Positions 11,286-18,908 of a stretch of DNA of 38,942 bases are shown here, piece by piece. This stretch comes from Bacillota bacterium (GTDB lineage Bacteria > Bacillota > Limnochordia > DTU087). Location of the stretch: NCBI GenBank assembly GCA_012518905.1, contig JAAYRF010000047.1:1-38942 (forward strand), written 5' to 3'. A model generated the notes under the pieces. That model saw only the letters and a program-made list of their open reading frames with translations. It had not been told where the DNA came from and made no database searches. How positions within the stretch are numbered: position 1 is the stretch's first letter; each line of letters opens with the position of its first letter. A program made the position numbers and the translations under genes.

Positions 11286-12017
11286 CTGAGAATCTTCGCC
11301 GATTATCACACTCATACAGTGCACAGCCATGGTCGAGGTACAGTGGAAGACAATGTGAAAGCCGCTATTTCCGCAAATCTGAGGGCCATTGCCATAACCG
11401 ACCATGGACCGGCTAACCTTTTTGGTGTCGGTGTAAAGAATTTGGATGTCTTCCAAGTCATCAGGCAAGAGATAATCGCCTGTCAACGCAAGTTCCCCCA
11501 CATCCAGATCCTATTGGGTGTGGAAGCCAATATCATAGACCTGGACGGAACCTTGGACGTACCTTTAGAAAGGCTCCACGAGTTCGACATAATCTTAGCC
11601 GGCCTCCACCTACTTGTGCATACTAACAGCTTGCTTTCGGGCATGGTCATGGCCGGCAATCTCATTGGCCGCTACTGCCCAGTGGCAAGGAACCGTCTGC
11701 GTAAACTCAATACGCAAGCAGTCATTGCAGCCTTGACCCAGTATCCCATAGATATTCTTACCCATCCAGGCCTTAATGTTGACATTGATACCCGGGCAGT
11801 TGCCGAAGTGGCTGCCCAAACAGGTACCTATATGGAAATTAGCACAAGGCACCACAACATCCAGCCATCCTACCTAGAAACTGCTTTCGTGGCCGGAGCT
11901 CGTTTCGTCATAAGTAGTGATGCCCACTCTCCCGGTGAGGTAGGAGAGGGAGAGCTCGGTACGCAGCTAGCTAAGGCTGCAGCCATACCTCCTTGGGCCA
12001 TACATAACCTGAGCTAG
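11286..12017 (+). CDS. PHP-domain phosphoesterase (YcdX/HisPPase-like)
   Basis: DYHTHT, ITDHGP, GVEANI, THP and SSDAH metal ligands; probable CTG start at 11286 behind SD AAGAGGT. Confidence 0.88.
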   Translation: MRIFADYHTHTVHSHGRGTVEDNVKAAISANLRAIAITDHGPANLFGVGVKNLDVFQVIRQEIIACQRKFPHIQILLGVEANIIDLDGTLDVPLERLHEFDIILAGLHLLVHTNSLLSGMVMAGNLIGRYCPVARNRLRKLNTQAVIAALTQYPIDILTHPGLNVDIDTRAVAEVAAQTGTYMEISTRHHNIQPSYLETAFVAGARFVISSDAHSPGEVGEGELGTQLAKAAAIPPWAIHNLS

Positions 12018-12019
12018 GG

Positions 12020-12047
12020 GAAGGAAAGCCCAGTAGCCATGGCGAAA
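12020..12047 (+). promoter_or_regulatory. SigH-like promoter of rapZ-yvcK
   Basis: GAAGGAAAG-12 nt-GGCGAAA. Confidence 0.55.
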
Positions 12048-12086
12048 CCGTAAGGCGACTACACTATGGAAGGAAGCGCATAGCCT

Positions 12087-12959
12087 TTGGATGATCTGAA
12101 GTTCGTACTCATCACCGGCCTGTCTGGTGCTGGCAAAACCGAGACTGTTCGCATTCTGGAGGACCTAGGCTTTTTTTGCGTAGACAACCTACCTCCGGCC
12201 CTCATCCCGAAATTTGCAGAGCTTTGTGTTCAATCAGAGGGTAAGATCAAACATGTAGCCCTGGTCTGCGACATCCGGGGCAGAGGCTTCTTTGATCATC
12301 TGATTGAAGTATTGGAGGACCTGGAAGAGACAGGTTTTTCCTATGAGATTCTGTTCCTGGAAGCCTCCGATGAAGCTTTGGTACGACGCTACAAAGAAAG
12401 TCGACGCCGACACCCGCTGGTTCCGGAAGGTACCATACTGGAAGGTATCAGGCAAGAGCGCCAACGCCTTCAAGAGCTAAGGGGCAGGGCTCATCGGCTC
12501 GTAGATACTAGCTCACTTAGCCCTCGGGAGCTTCGAGATGAGATCGGACAATGGTTTGCCGATAATCGGCAGCAATCACCCATGGCCATATCAGTTATCT
12601 CCTTTGGGTACAAACACGGTCTTCCGCTGGATGCCGATCTGGCCGTAGATGTACGTTTCCTTCCCAATCCCTATTGGGTAGAATCTCTTTCGCGCCTGAC
12701 GGGCCATGACAAAGAGGTGCGAGACTACGTTCTTAAATGGTCAATCACCCAAAAGTTCCTCCGCAAGTACCTTGACCTTGTGGAATTTTTGCTTCCTCAG
12801 TATGTGAAAGAAGGCAAGCAAGAGCTAGTTATCGCCATTGGTTGTACCGGAGGACGTCATCGTTCTGTTGTCTTGGCCAACTATATAGCCGATTTCATCC
12901 GGCAGCAGGGGTTTGTTGTCAATGTTGAACACAGAGGGTTACAACAACGGGTCAAATAA
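12087..12959 (+). CDS. rapZ: RapZ/YvcJ family P-loop nucleotide-binding protein
   Basis: ITGLSGAGKT, CVDNLPP, SFGYKHG, DVRFLPNP, IGCTGGRHRSV. Confidence 0.97.
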   Translation: MDDLKFVLITGLSGAGKTETVRILEDLGFFCVDNLPPALIPKFAELCVQSEGKIKHVALVCDIRGRGFFDHLIEVLEDLEETGFSYEILFLEASDEALVRRYKESRRRHPLVPEGTILEGIRQERQRLQELRGRAHRLVDTSSLSPRELRDEIGQWFADNRQQSPMAISVISFGYKHGLPLDADLAVDVRFLPNPYWVESLSRLTGHDKEVRDYVLKWSITQKFLRKYLDLVEFLLPQYVKEGKQELVIAIGCTGGRHRSVVLANYIADFIRQQGFVVNVEHRGLQQRVK

Positions 12960-14253
12960 GCTATGGAGACGGGCTTTAAAATGGCTGTACCCCGGAATGC
13001 GGGTGAAGCGCTGGATTCTCCTCATGGCACTGGGCGCGCTCTTGGCTGCCGTAGGTGTTTTGGTCCTTGTGGGGCCATATAACCTCATCATCTTTGGCCG
13101 CAAGGTGAACCAGGTGCTGAGGCAGTGGCAGCAGCCGGGGCATGCTCCTCCATCTAGATATACCAGTGTTGTATTGGTCTTCGTCGGCATCTTAGCAGCC
13201 TGTCTCGGCTTTCGGCAGGTGATCAATTCACTCGTGGTTGATCTCTTACCATCGGATCCCCGGGATCTGGCAGAGATCATTTTCCACAAACGGGGATTGG
13301 ATAACGAACCGACTTTGGTAGTAGTTGGGGGAGGCACCGGACTGGCCACCCTCTTGCGCGGCCTAAAACACCAAACAGAGAAGATCACTGCCATTGTTAC
13401 CGTTGCCGACGATGGCGGAAGCTCCGGCAGGATCCGCTCAGAGCTAGGCATACCTCCTCCCGGAGATATTCGCAATACTCTGGTGGCTATGGCTAATACT
13501 GAGCCCTTGATGGAAGAGCTTTTTCAGTATCGCTTTGACTGGGGTGAAGGGCTTCAGGGCCACAGCTTCGGCAATCTGTTTATTGCCGCCATGACAGAGA
13601 TCAGCGGAGACTTCGAGGAAGCCATCAGAGCCTTTAGCCAAGTGCTAGCTGTGCGAGGACGTGTGCTACCTTCCACCTTGAGTTCTGTTACACTGCGGGC
13701 TGAGTATGCCGATGGCACCGCCACCATCGGTGAAAGTCTGATCCCCCAACCAGGCAAAGCCATCCGGCGCGTATTTCTCGAACCCGAGGATTGTCACCCA
13801 GTACCAGAGGCTATAGCTGCCATACAAAGTGCAGACGCGATCATCTTAGGTCCCGGCAGCTTATATACGAGTGTACTACCTAACATACTGGTGCACGAGA
13901 TTAGAGATGCCATTGCTCGTTCCTCGGTCCCGCGGATTTATATCTGCAATGTGATGACCCAGCCCGGGGAGACCGATGGCTATAAGGCATCCGATCACAT
14001 TAAGGCCATCCTGGACCATGCTGGGACCAGAATAATCGATTACGTCGTCGTCAATACCATCCCTATTCCAGAGGCTTTGCAGGAACGGTATAAAGCAGAG
14101 GGGGCCATACCGGTGAAAGCCGATCTAGCAGAAATCCGAGCCCTAGGCGTAACGCCAATTGAGGCTTCGGTAATCAGCATGACTGATTTGGTCCGGCACG
14201 ACCCCGAACGATTAGCACAAGTGATCGTAGAGCTGCTTTGGCAGCAAGTCTAG
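12922..14253 (+). CDS. yvcK: YvcK/GlmR family protein (UPF0052) with a two-helix N-terminal membrane extension
   Basis: GGGTGL, VADDGGSSG, PPGDIRN, GHSFGNL, GPGSLYTS, MTQPGET, RHDP; start uncertain (ATG 12922). Confidence 0.95.
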   Translation: MLNTEGYNNGSNKLWRRALKWLYPGMRVKRWILLMALGALLAAVGVLVLVGPYNLIIFGRKVNQVLRQWQQPGHAPPSRYTSVVLVFVGILAACLGFRQVINSLVVDLLPSDPRDLAEIIFHKRGLDNEPTLVVVGGGTGLATLLRGLKHQTEKITAIVTVADDGGSSGRIRSELGIPPPGDIRNTLVAMANTEPLMEELFQYRFDWGEGLQGHSFGNLFIAAMTEISGDFEEAIRAFSQVLAVRGRVLPSTLSSVTLRAEYADGTATIGESLIPQPGKAIRRVFLEPEDCHPVPEAIAAIQSADAIILGPGSLYTSVLPNILVHEIRDAIARSSVPRIYICNVMTQPGETDGYKASDHIKAILDHAGTRIIDYVVVNTIPIPEALQERYKAEGAIPVKADLAEIRALGVTPIEASVISMTDLVRHDPERLAQVIVELLWQQV

Positions 14254-14265
14254 TAAACTGACGCC

Positions 14266-15003
14266 CTACCTGCGGCTGTGGGTTAGCTTTTTGGCTGCCT
14301 GCTGATCCAATATAAAGGTACAATCTGGATGCAACTGCAAGACCGATGCCGGTAGCCCCTCGGTAACCGGGCCCTCTACAGCCCTCGCTATAGCATCCGC
14401 TTTACTTTCCCCATTGGCCAAAAGCACGATCTTGCGGCTGTTCATGATACTCTTGATTCCCATGGAAATGGCTTGTCTAGGGACATCTTCTGGCTTATCG
14501 AAGAACCGCGAATTGGCCTCGATAGTGGCCAAAGCTAGGTTAACAAGACTAGTGGTGCCACCAAAGGGAGCACCGGGCTCGTTGAACCCTATGTGACCGT
14601 TGGTGCCAATGCCAAGGATCTGTAGATCGATGCCACCGGCTGCCGTGATCTTATCTTCATAGCTGCGACACTCGCTGGCAGCATCGGTATTGGCACCATC
14701 GGGGATGTTGATCCTCTCTTTGGGCACATTCAAGTGCTTGAACAAGTGCTCATGCATGTAATAGTGGTAACTAGCAGGATGTTCAGCATGGAGGCCGTAG
14801 TATTCATCGAGATTGAAGGTAGTTACCTTCGAGAAATCCAAACCCTCCTGGTGCCTTTCCACCAATTCCTCATAAAGGCCTAGCGGCGTGCTACCTGTAG
14901 CCAACCCGAGAACCCCGGAAGGTTTCGCCTTTATGAAGTCAGCAATAATGTCAGCCGCTAGCTTACTCATCTCCTGATAGTCTCGCGCAATTTTAATCTG
15001 CAA
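14266..15003 (-). CDS. nagB: Glucosamine-6-phosphate deaminase
   Basis: LGLATGSTP, TFNLDEY, LGIGTNGHIGFNEPG, PASVLQLH; TTG 15003 with SD GAGGTG. Confidence 0.98.
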   Translation of the reverse strand: MQIKIARDYQEMSKLAADIIADFIKAKPSGVLGLATGSTPLGLYEELVERHQEGLDFSKVTTFNLDEYYGLHAEHPASYHYYMHEHLFKHLNVPKERINIPDGANTDAASECRSYEDKITAAGGIDLQILGIGTNGHIGFNEPGAPFGGTTSLVNLALATIEANSRFFDKPEDVPRQAISMGIKSIMNSRKIVLLANGESKADAIARAVEGPVTEGLPASVLQLHPDCTFILDQQAAKKLTHSRR

Positions 15004-15044
15004 ATCTATCACCTCGCGTGATTAGCCCGAGATTCTGCCTCTGG

Positions 15045-16214
15045 CTAGTCCCTTTGATAAACCACCTTACCTCCTACAATAGTAGCCAGCGTATTCAAGT
15101 CATGGTCGAATATGGCTGCGTCTCCATCCTTGCCTACTACTAAGCTACCTTTGCATCTATCCATATTAACGGCCTGTGCCGGATTCAAAGATGCCATGCG
15201 AATGGCTTCAGGAAGAGATGCGCCTAGCATACACATCGCATTCTTCACCGCTCTTGCCATAGATAACGTGCTGCCTGCTAGATTACCACTCATCAGGCGA
15301 GCCGCCCCATCTACTACTTCAACTTCGAGACCGCCCAATTCATACCGGCCCTCCGGCAGGCCCATTGCGGATATGGTATCTGTGATGAGAACGATTCTCT
15401 CGGGACCTTTGGCTCGGTAAACGAGCTGCATGGCAGCGGGATGGACATGGATGCCATCACATATCAGTTCTGCGGAGAAACCGTCACAGACCAATGCCGC
15501 CCCTGCTAGACCCGGCTCTCTGTGATGCAAACCCCGCATTCCGTTGAAGGTGTGGCAAATGTGGCTAGCACCCCACAGATAGGCCTCCATCGCTTGATCG
15601 TATGATGCATCGGAGTGGCCAAGGGACACAGTAATGCCCCAGGACCGCAATTGACGTATGGCAGAAAGAGCCCCTTCCACTTCAGGAGCAAGGGTAACTA
15701 GTTTGAGCAAAGGACCAAGCTCTCCTTGGATCTCCTTCAACTCTTCCAGGGAGGCAGGGCGGATATATTTAGGATTTTGAGCTCCCTTTTTCTCCTCATT
15801 AATGAATGGACCTTCCAGGTGCAAACCCATGACTTGGGCACCACTTGTTCCCTCTTGAGCAGCTCGCTTAACTGCCCCTGCAATCCTTCGAAGCTCCGAT
15901 TGGGAAGCAGTTACTGTAGCTGGCAAGAAAGCGGTCGTGCCGTAACGACTGAAGGTCTCAGACATTTTCTCCAAAGACTCCACAGTCCCATCCATTACGT
16001 CGCCTCCGCCCGCGCCATGGACATGAATATCGATGAGGCCCGGTGTAACGTAAGCACCCTGAGCATCAAAAACAGGTCCTACCTCGGGGGCTCCATCCTT
16101 TGGCCCTACATAGACTATAATCCCATCCTCAATAACAACTGTCCCTTCCATGACCTGAAAGGGAGTCACCAGCTGTCCATTAACGATGGTAATACTGTGC
16201 TTATGCACACTCAA
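15045..16214 (-). CDS. nagA: N-acetylglucosamine-6-phosphate deacetylase
   Basis: PGLIDIHVHG, HLEGPF, TLAPE, HTFNGM..LHHREPG, DGIHVHP, LAGS. Confidence 0.98.
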   Translation of the reverse strand: MSVHKHSITIVNGQLVTPFQVMEGTVVIEDGIIVYVGPKDGAPEVGPVFDAQGAYVTPGLIDIHVHGAGGGDVMDGTVESLEKMSETFSRYGTTAFLPATVTASQSELRRIAGAVKRAAQEGTSGAQVMGLHLEGPFINEEKKGAQNPKYIRPASLEELKEIQGELGPLLKLVTLAPEVEGALSAIRQLRSWGITVSLGHSDASYDQAMEAYLWGASHICHTFNGMRGLHHREPGLAGAALVCDGFSAELICDGIHVHPAAMQLVYRAKGPERIVLITDTISAMGLPEGRYELGGLEVEVVDGAARLMSGNLAGSTLSMARAVKNAMCMLGASLPEAIRMASLNPAQAVNMDRCKGSLVVGKDGDAAIFDHDLNTLATIVGGKVVYQRD

Positions 16215-16238
16215 TCACCCCTTTCACCTCCACTCTCG

Positions 16239-16266
16239 CTTCGCCAGGATGGGAGGTATTTCCTGC
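16239..16266 (-). promoter_or_regulatory. SigH-like promoter of nagAB
   Basis: GCAGGAAAT-12 nt-GGCGAAG. Confidence 0.6.
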
Positions 16267-16320
16267 CAGAAGAGACAGGTTCTTCATGGTAGGACACTCC
16301 CTGGTTGATTGTCGTCCTCC

Positions 16321-16350
16321 AATTATGCCCTCTCTCCAGGCTACCTATCC
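16321..16350 (-). promoter_or_regulatory. SigF/SigG-like promoter directed toward nagAB
   Basis: GGATA-15 nt-GGGCATAATT versus SigF consensus GYATA-N15-GGnnAnAnTW. Confidence 0.4.
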
Positions 16351-16360
16351 TAGGGTAGAC

Positions 16361-16390
16361 GCATAAATGCCCTGGGCAGGACACATACTT
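16361..16390 (+). promoter_or_regulatory. SigG-like sporulation promoter of DUF4912-GH57
   Basis: GCATA-18 nt-CATACTT. Confidence 0.5.
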
Positions 16391-16442
16391 AAGAAGGTAT
16401 TCTCACATTGCCGGTTGGCGTTATGGGGCTGGAGGTGCCATA

Positions 16443-17156
16443 GTGAAGGGATTAGGTGTCGAAGCAAAGTCCCCAGAGAGAAGCAAAGTCGCAACCGAAC
16501 TAACAGCTGGTATGGAGACGGCTAGCCCTCCTACCAGCGACTTGTGGATCGATGGCACCAGCGAAGAATGCCTGCCTGAACCTTCTACAGCTCTAACCAC
16601 CAAGGAGCTTCCCAGGGGCTATGGGGAAGATGTTGTTGTGCTCTTGGCTCGGGATCCTACCTGGCTGTTCGCGTACTGGGAGATCACCGCAGAGGGTTGG
16701 GCCAGGGTACGACAAGACCTGTCTGACGGGCAATGCTCTCCTACCTTGCGAGTCTATGACCTGGGGCCTCAGGGACAACAGCCAACGGGATTCTTCGATG
16801 TTGCCGTTCAACCCTTCGCCGATAGGTGGCACATTAACACAGGCAAAGTAGGCTGCAGATTCCGGGTGGATATCGGGATACGTACACCTACAGGGGATTT
16901 TCGTCCCATTGCTGCCTCTAACATTATCCAAATGCCAAGAGGAAGAATGAGCTCTGCCGTGGCCAACAAGTGGTTTAGAATCGAGGAATTCTGGCTCCCC
17001 ACTGCCGCCTTTCCCCCAGGCGGCAGCCCCATGGGTTGGCTCAAACAACGAAAGGCACAGTTATCGGAGCTAGAAGGATATCCCACCAGCCCCGGGATTT
17101 TTAGCCCCATGGGTTTCGGCAGTCAACCCAAGCAGCCACCCCAAGGCCCAATCTGA
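16443..17156 (+). CDS. DUF4912 domain protein
   Basis: ELPRGYGEDVVVLLARDPTWLFAYWEI..LRVYD..W..FRPIAASN signature; usual partner of GH57; SD GGAGGTG. Confidence 0.85.
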   Translation: MKGLGVEAKSPERSKVATELTAGMETASPPTSDLWIDGTSEECLPEPSTALTTKELPRGYGEDVVVLLARDPTWLFAYWEITAEGWARVRQDLSDGQCSPTLRVYDLGPQGQQPTGFFDVAVQPFADRWHINTGKVGCRFRVDIGIRTPTGDFRPIAASNIIQMPRGRMSSAVANKWFRIEEFWLPTAAFPPGGSPMGWLKQRKAQLSELEGYPTSPGIFSPMGFGSQPKQPPQGPI

Positions 17157-17215
17157 TCGATAGCACAGGGCATAGAACCATTCTTGGAAAGGGAGTATAT
17201 TCCCAGGAAAGGAGT

Positions 17216-18859
17216 ATGGGCTTGCACCACAACTCTGGTTATGTCGCCATCGTTCTTCATGCCCATCTACCGTATGTAAGGCATCCGGAGACCACAAAAT
17301 GTCTGGAAGAACTCTGGCTGATGGAAGCCATCACTGAAACATATATTCCCCTACTCGAGATGCTGCAGGGCCTTTTGCGTGATGACATAGACTTTCGAAT
17401 CACCATGTCCATCACGCCTACGCTGGCTTCCATGCTGTCAGATGAATTCTTGCAGATGCGTTATGTGGGCCACGTCGATCAGCTCTTAGAACTGGCCGAA
17501 AAAGAAGTGAACAGGACCCGTTGGCAACCGAAACTTCAGGCCATTGCGCTAATGTACAGAAACCAGTTTCAAAGAGCTAGGCAAGTGTTCGATACCTATC
17601 ACCACCGTCTATTGGACGGTTTCAATGAGGTTGAAGCCACCGGCAAACTGGAAATCATGGCTTCTGCTGCTACCCATGGGTATCTGCCCCTGCTCTTTGT
17701 GGATAAGAAAGCCGTCGAGGCACAGATTGCCGTAGGGGTGGAAGCTTATCGCTATGCTTTCGGTAAAGACCCCGAGGGCTTTTGGCTCCCAGAATGTGGT
17801 TTTACACCCGGCATAGACGACATCCTGGCAGCTCATGGGATCCGTTACTTTCTTACTGATACCCACGGCATACTTCACGCTGAACCTCGTCCCGAAACCT
17901 CAGTCTATTCCCCCATCTATTCAGCGGCTAACGTAGCAGCTTTCGGCCGAGACTGGGAGTCATCCAAACAGGTTTGGAGTGCCACCGAAGGATATCCTGG
18001 CGATTACTGCTATAGAGATTTCTATCGTGATATTGGCTTTGATGCAGACTACCAATACATCAAGACTTATCTGGTCAACGGCATCAGGGGCTTTACTGGC
18101 ATCAAGTACCACAGGATAACCGGGCCTTCTGATCACAAGGAACTATATGATCCGGCTATGGCCCAGAAGAAAGCCGCTGAGCACGCCGGCAATTTTATGT
18201 TTAATCGAAAGTTACAGATCCAGTATCTGGCAACTCAGATGAACCGTCCACCCTTGATAGTTGCTCCCTATGATGCAGAGCTGTTTGGTCATTGGTGGTA
18301 TGAAGGCCCTCAGTGGCTAGATTACCTCTTACGTAAATGCGCTCATGATCAGAATACTTTCACCCTGATTACTCCCCGAGAGTACCTGGAGCGCCACCCT
18401 TCTGCACCGGTAGGCATGCCTTCCGAATCAAGCTGGGGTAATGGCGGATACCATGAAGTCTGGCTGGACGGGAGCAATGATTGGATTTATCGGCATCTTC
18501 ATAAAGCTGCCCAACGAATGGTAAAAATGGCCAATCAATATCAAAATGCCCAAGGGACTCTGGAAAGGGCTCTAAATCAAGCCGCTAGAGAATTGTTCCT
18601 GGCTCAAGCAAGTGATTGGGCCTTTATCATGAAGACCGGCACCTTAGTAGAATATGCCCGGCGTCGTACCCAAGACCATATTCTCAACTTCACTGAGCTC
18701 TTTGGGCAGATTACTGCCAATCATCTCGATGAAACTTGGTTAAATGGCTTGGAAGCAAGGCATAACATCTTCCCCTGGCTGGATTTTCGAGTTTTTGCCG
18801 GGGACTTGAAACAGCCTGCCACCAAGGCAAGCTGGCTCTCCAGAGCTGGCACCAGGTGA
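17216..18859 (+). CDS. GH57 1,4-alpha-glucan branching enzyme (with DUF1957 C-terminal domain)
   Basis: LHAHLPYV, ATHGYLP, FWLPECG (nucleophile Glu), PYDAELFGHWWYEG (acid/base Asp), LAQASDWAFI; true start may be TTG 17222. Confidence 0.93.
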   Translation: MGLHHNSGYVAIVLHAHLPYVRHPETTKCLEELWLMEAITETYIPLLEMLQGLLRDDIDFRITMSITPTLASMLSDEFLQMRYVGHVDQLLELAEKEVNRTRWQPKLQAIALMYRNQFQRARQVFDTYHHRLLDGFNEVEATGKLEIMASAATHGYLPLLFVDKKAVEAQIAVGVEAYRYAFGKDPEGFWLPECGFTPGIDDILAAHGIRYFLTDTHGILHAEPRPETSVYSPIYSAANVAAFGRDWESSKQVWSATEGYPGDYCYRDFYRDIGFDADYQYIKTYLVNGIRGFTGIKYHRITGPSDHKELYDPAMAQKKAAEHAGNFMFNRKLQIQYLATQMNRPPLIVAPYDAELFGHWWYEGPQWLDYLLRKCAHDQNTFTLITPREYLERHPSAPVGMPSESSWGNGGYHEVWLDGSNDWIYRHLHKAAQRMVKMANQYQNAQGTLERALNQAARELFLAQASDWAFIMKTGTLVEYARRRTQDHILNFTELFGQITANHLDETWLNGLEARHNIFPWLDFRVFAGDLKQPATKASWLSRAGTR

Positions 18860-18908
18860 CAATTGATCTTGGCCCCTTTTCCAAAGAAAACGTCTTCATC
18901 TTCGATTA

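Noticed and set aside
14245-14265. TAGTAAACT resembling the XerD arm of a dif site at the yvcK/nagB junction
   Set aside because: Partial arm only; no XerC arm and no matching site at the other junction
17170-17201. GCATA..GGGAGTATATT as an internal sporulation promoter for GH57
   Set aside because: Spacing and -10 fit neither SigF nor SigG consensus well
16308-18863. Inverted 6-mer ATTGTC/GACAAT flanking the DUF4912-GH57 block
   Set aside because: A 6-bp match is expected by chance between intergenic regions of this size; no invertase in the window
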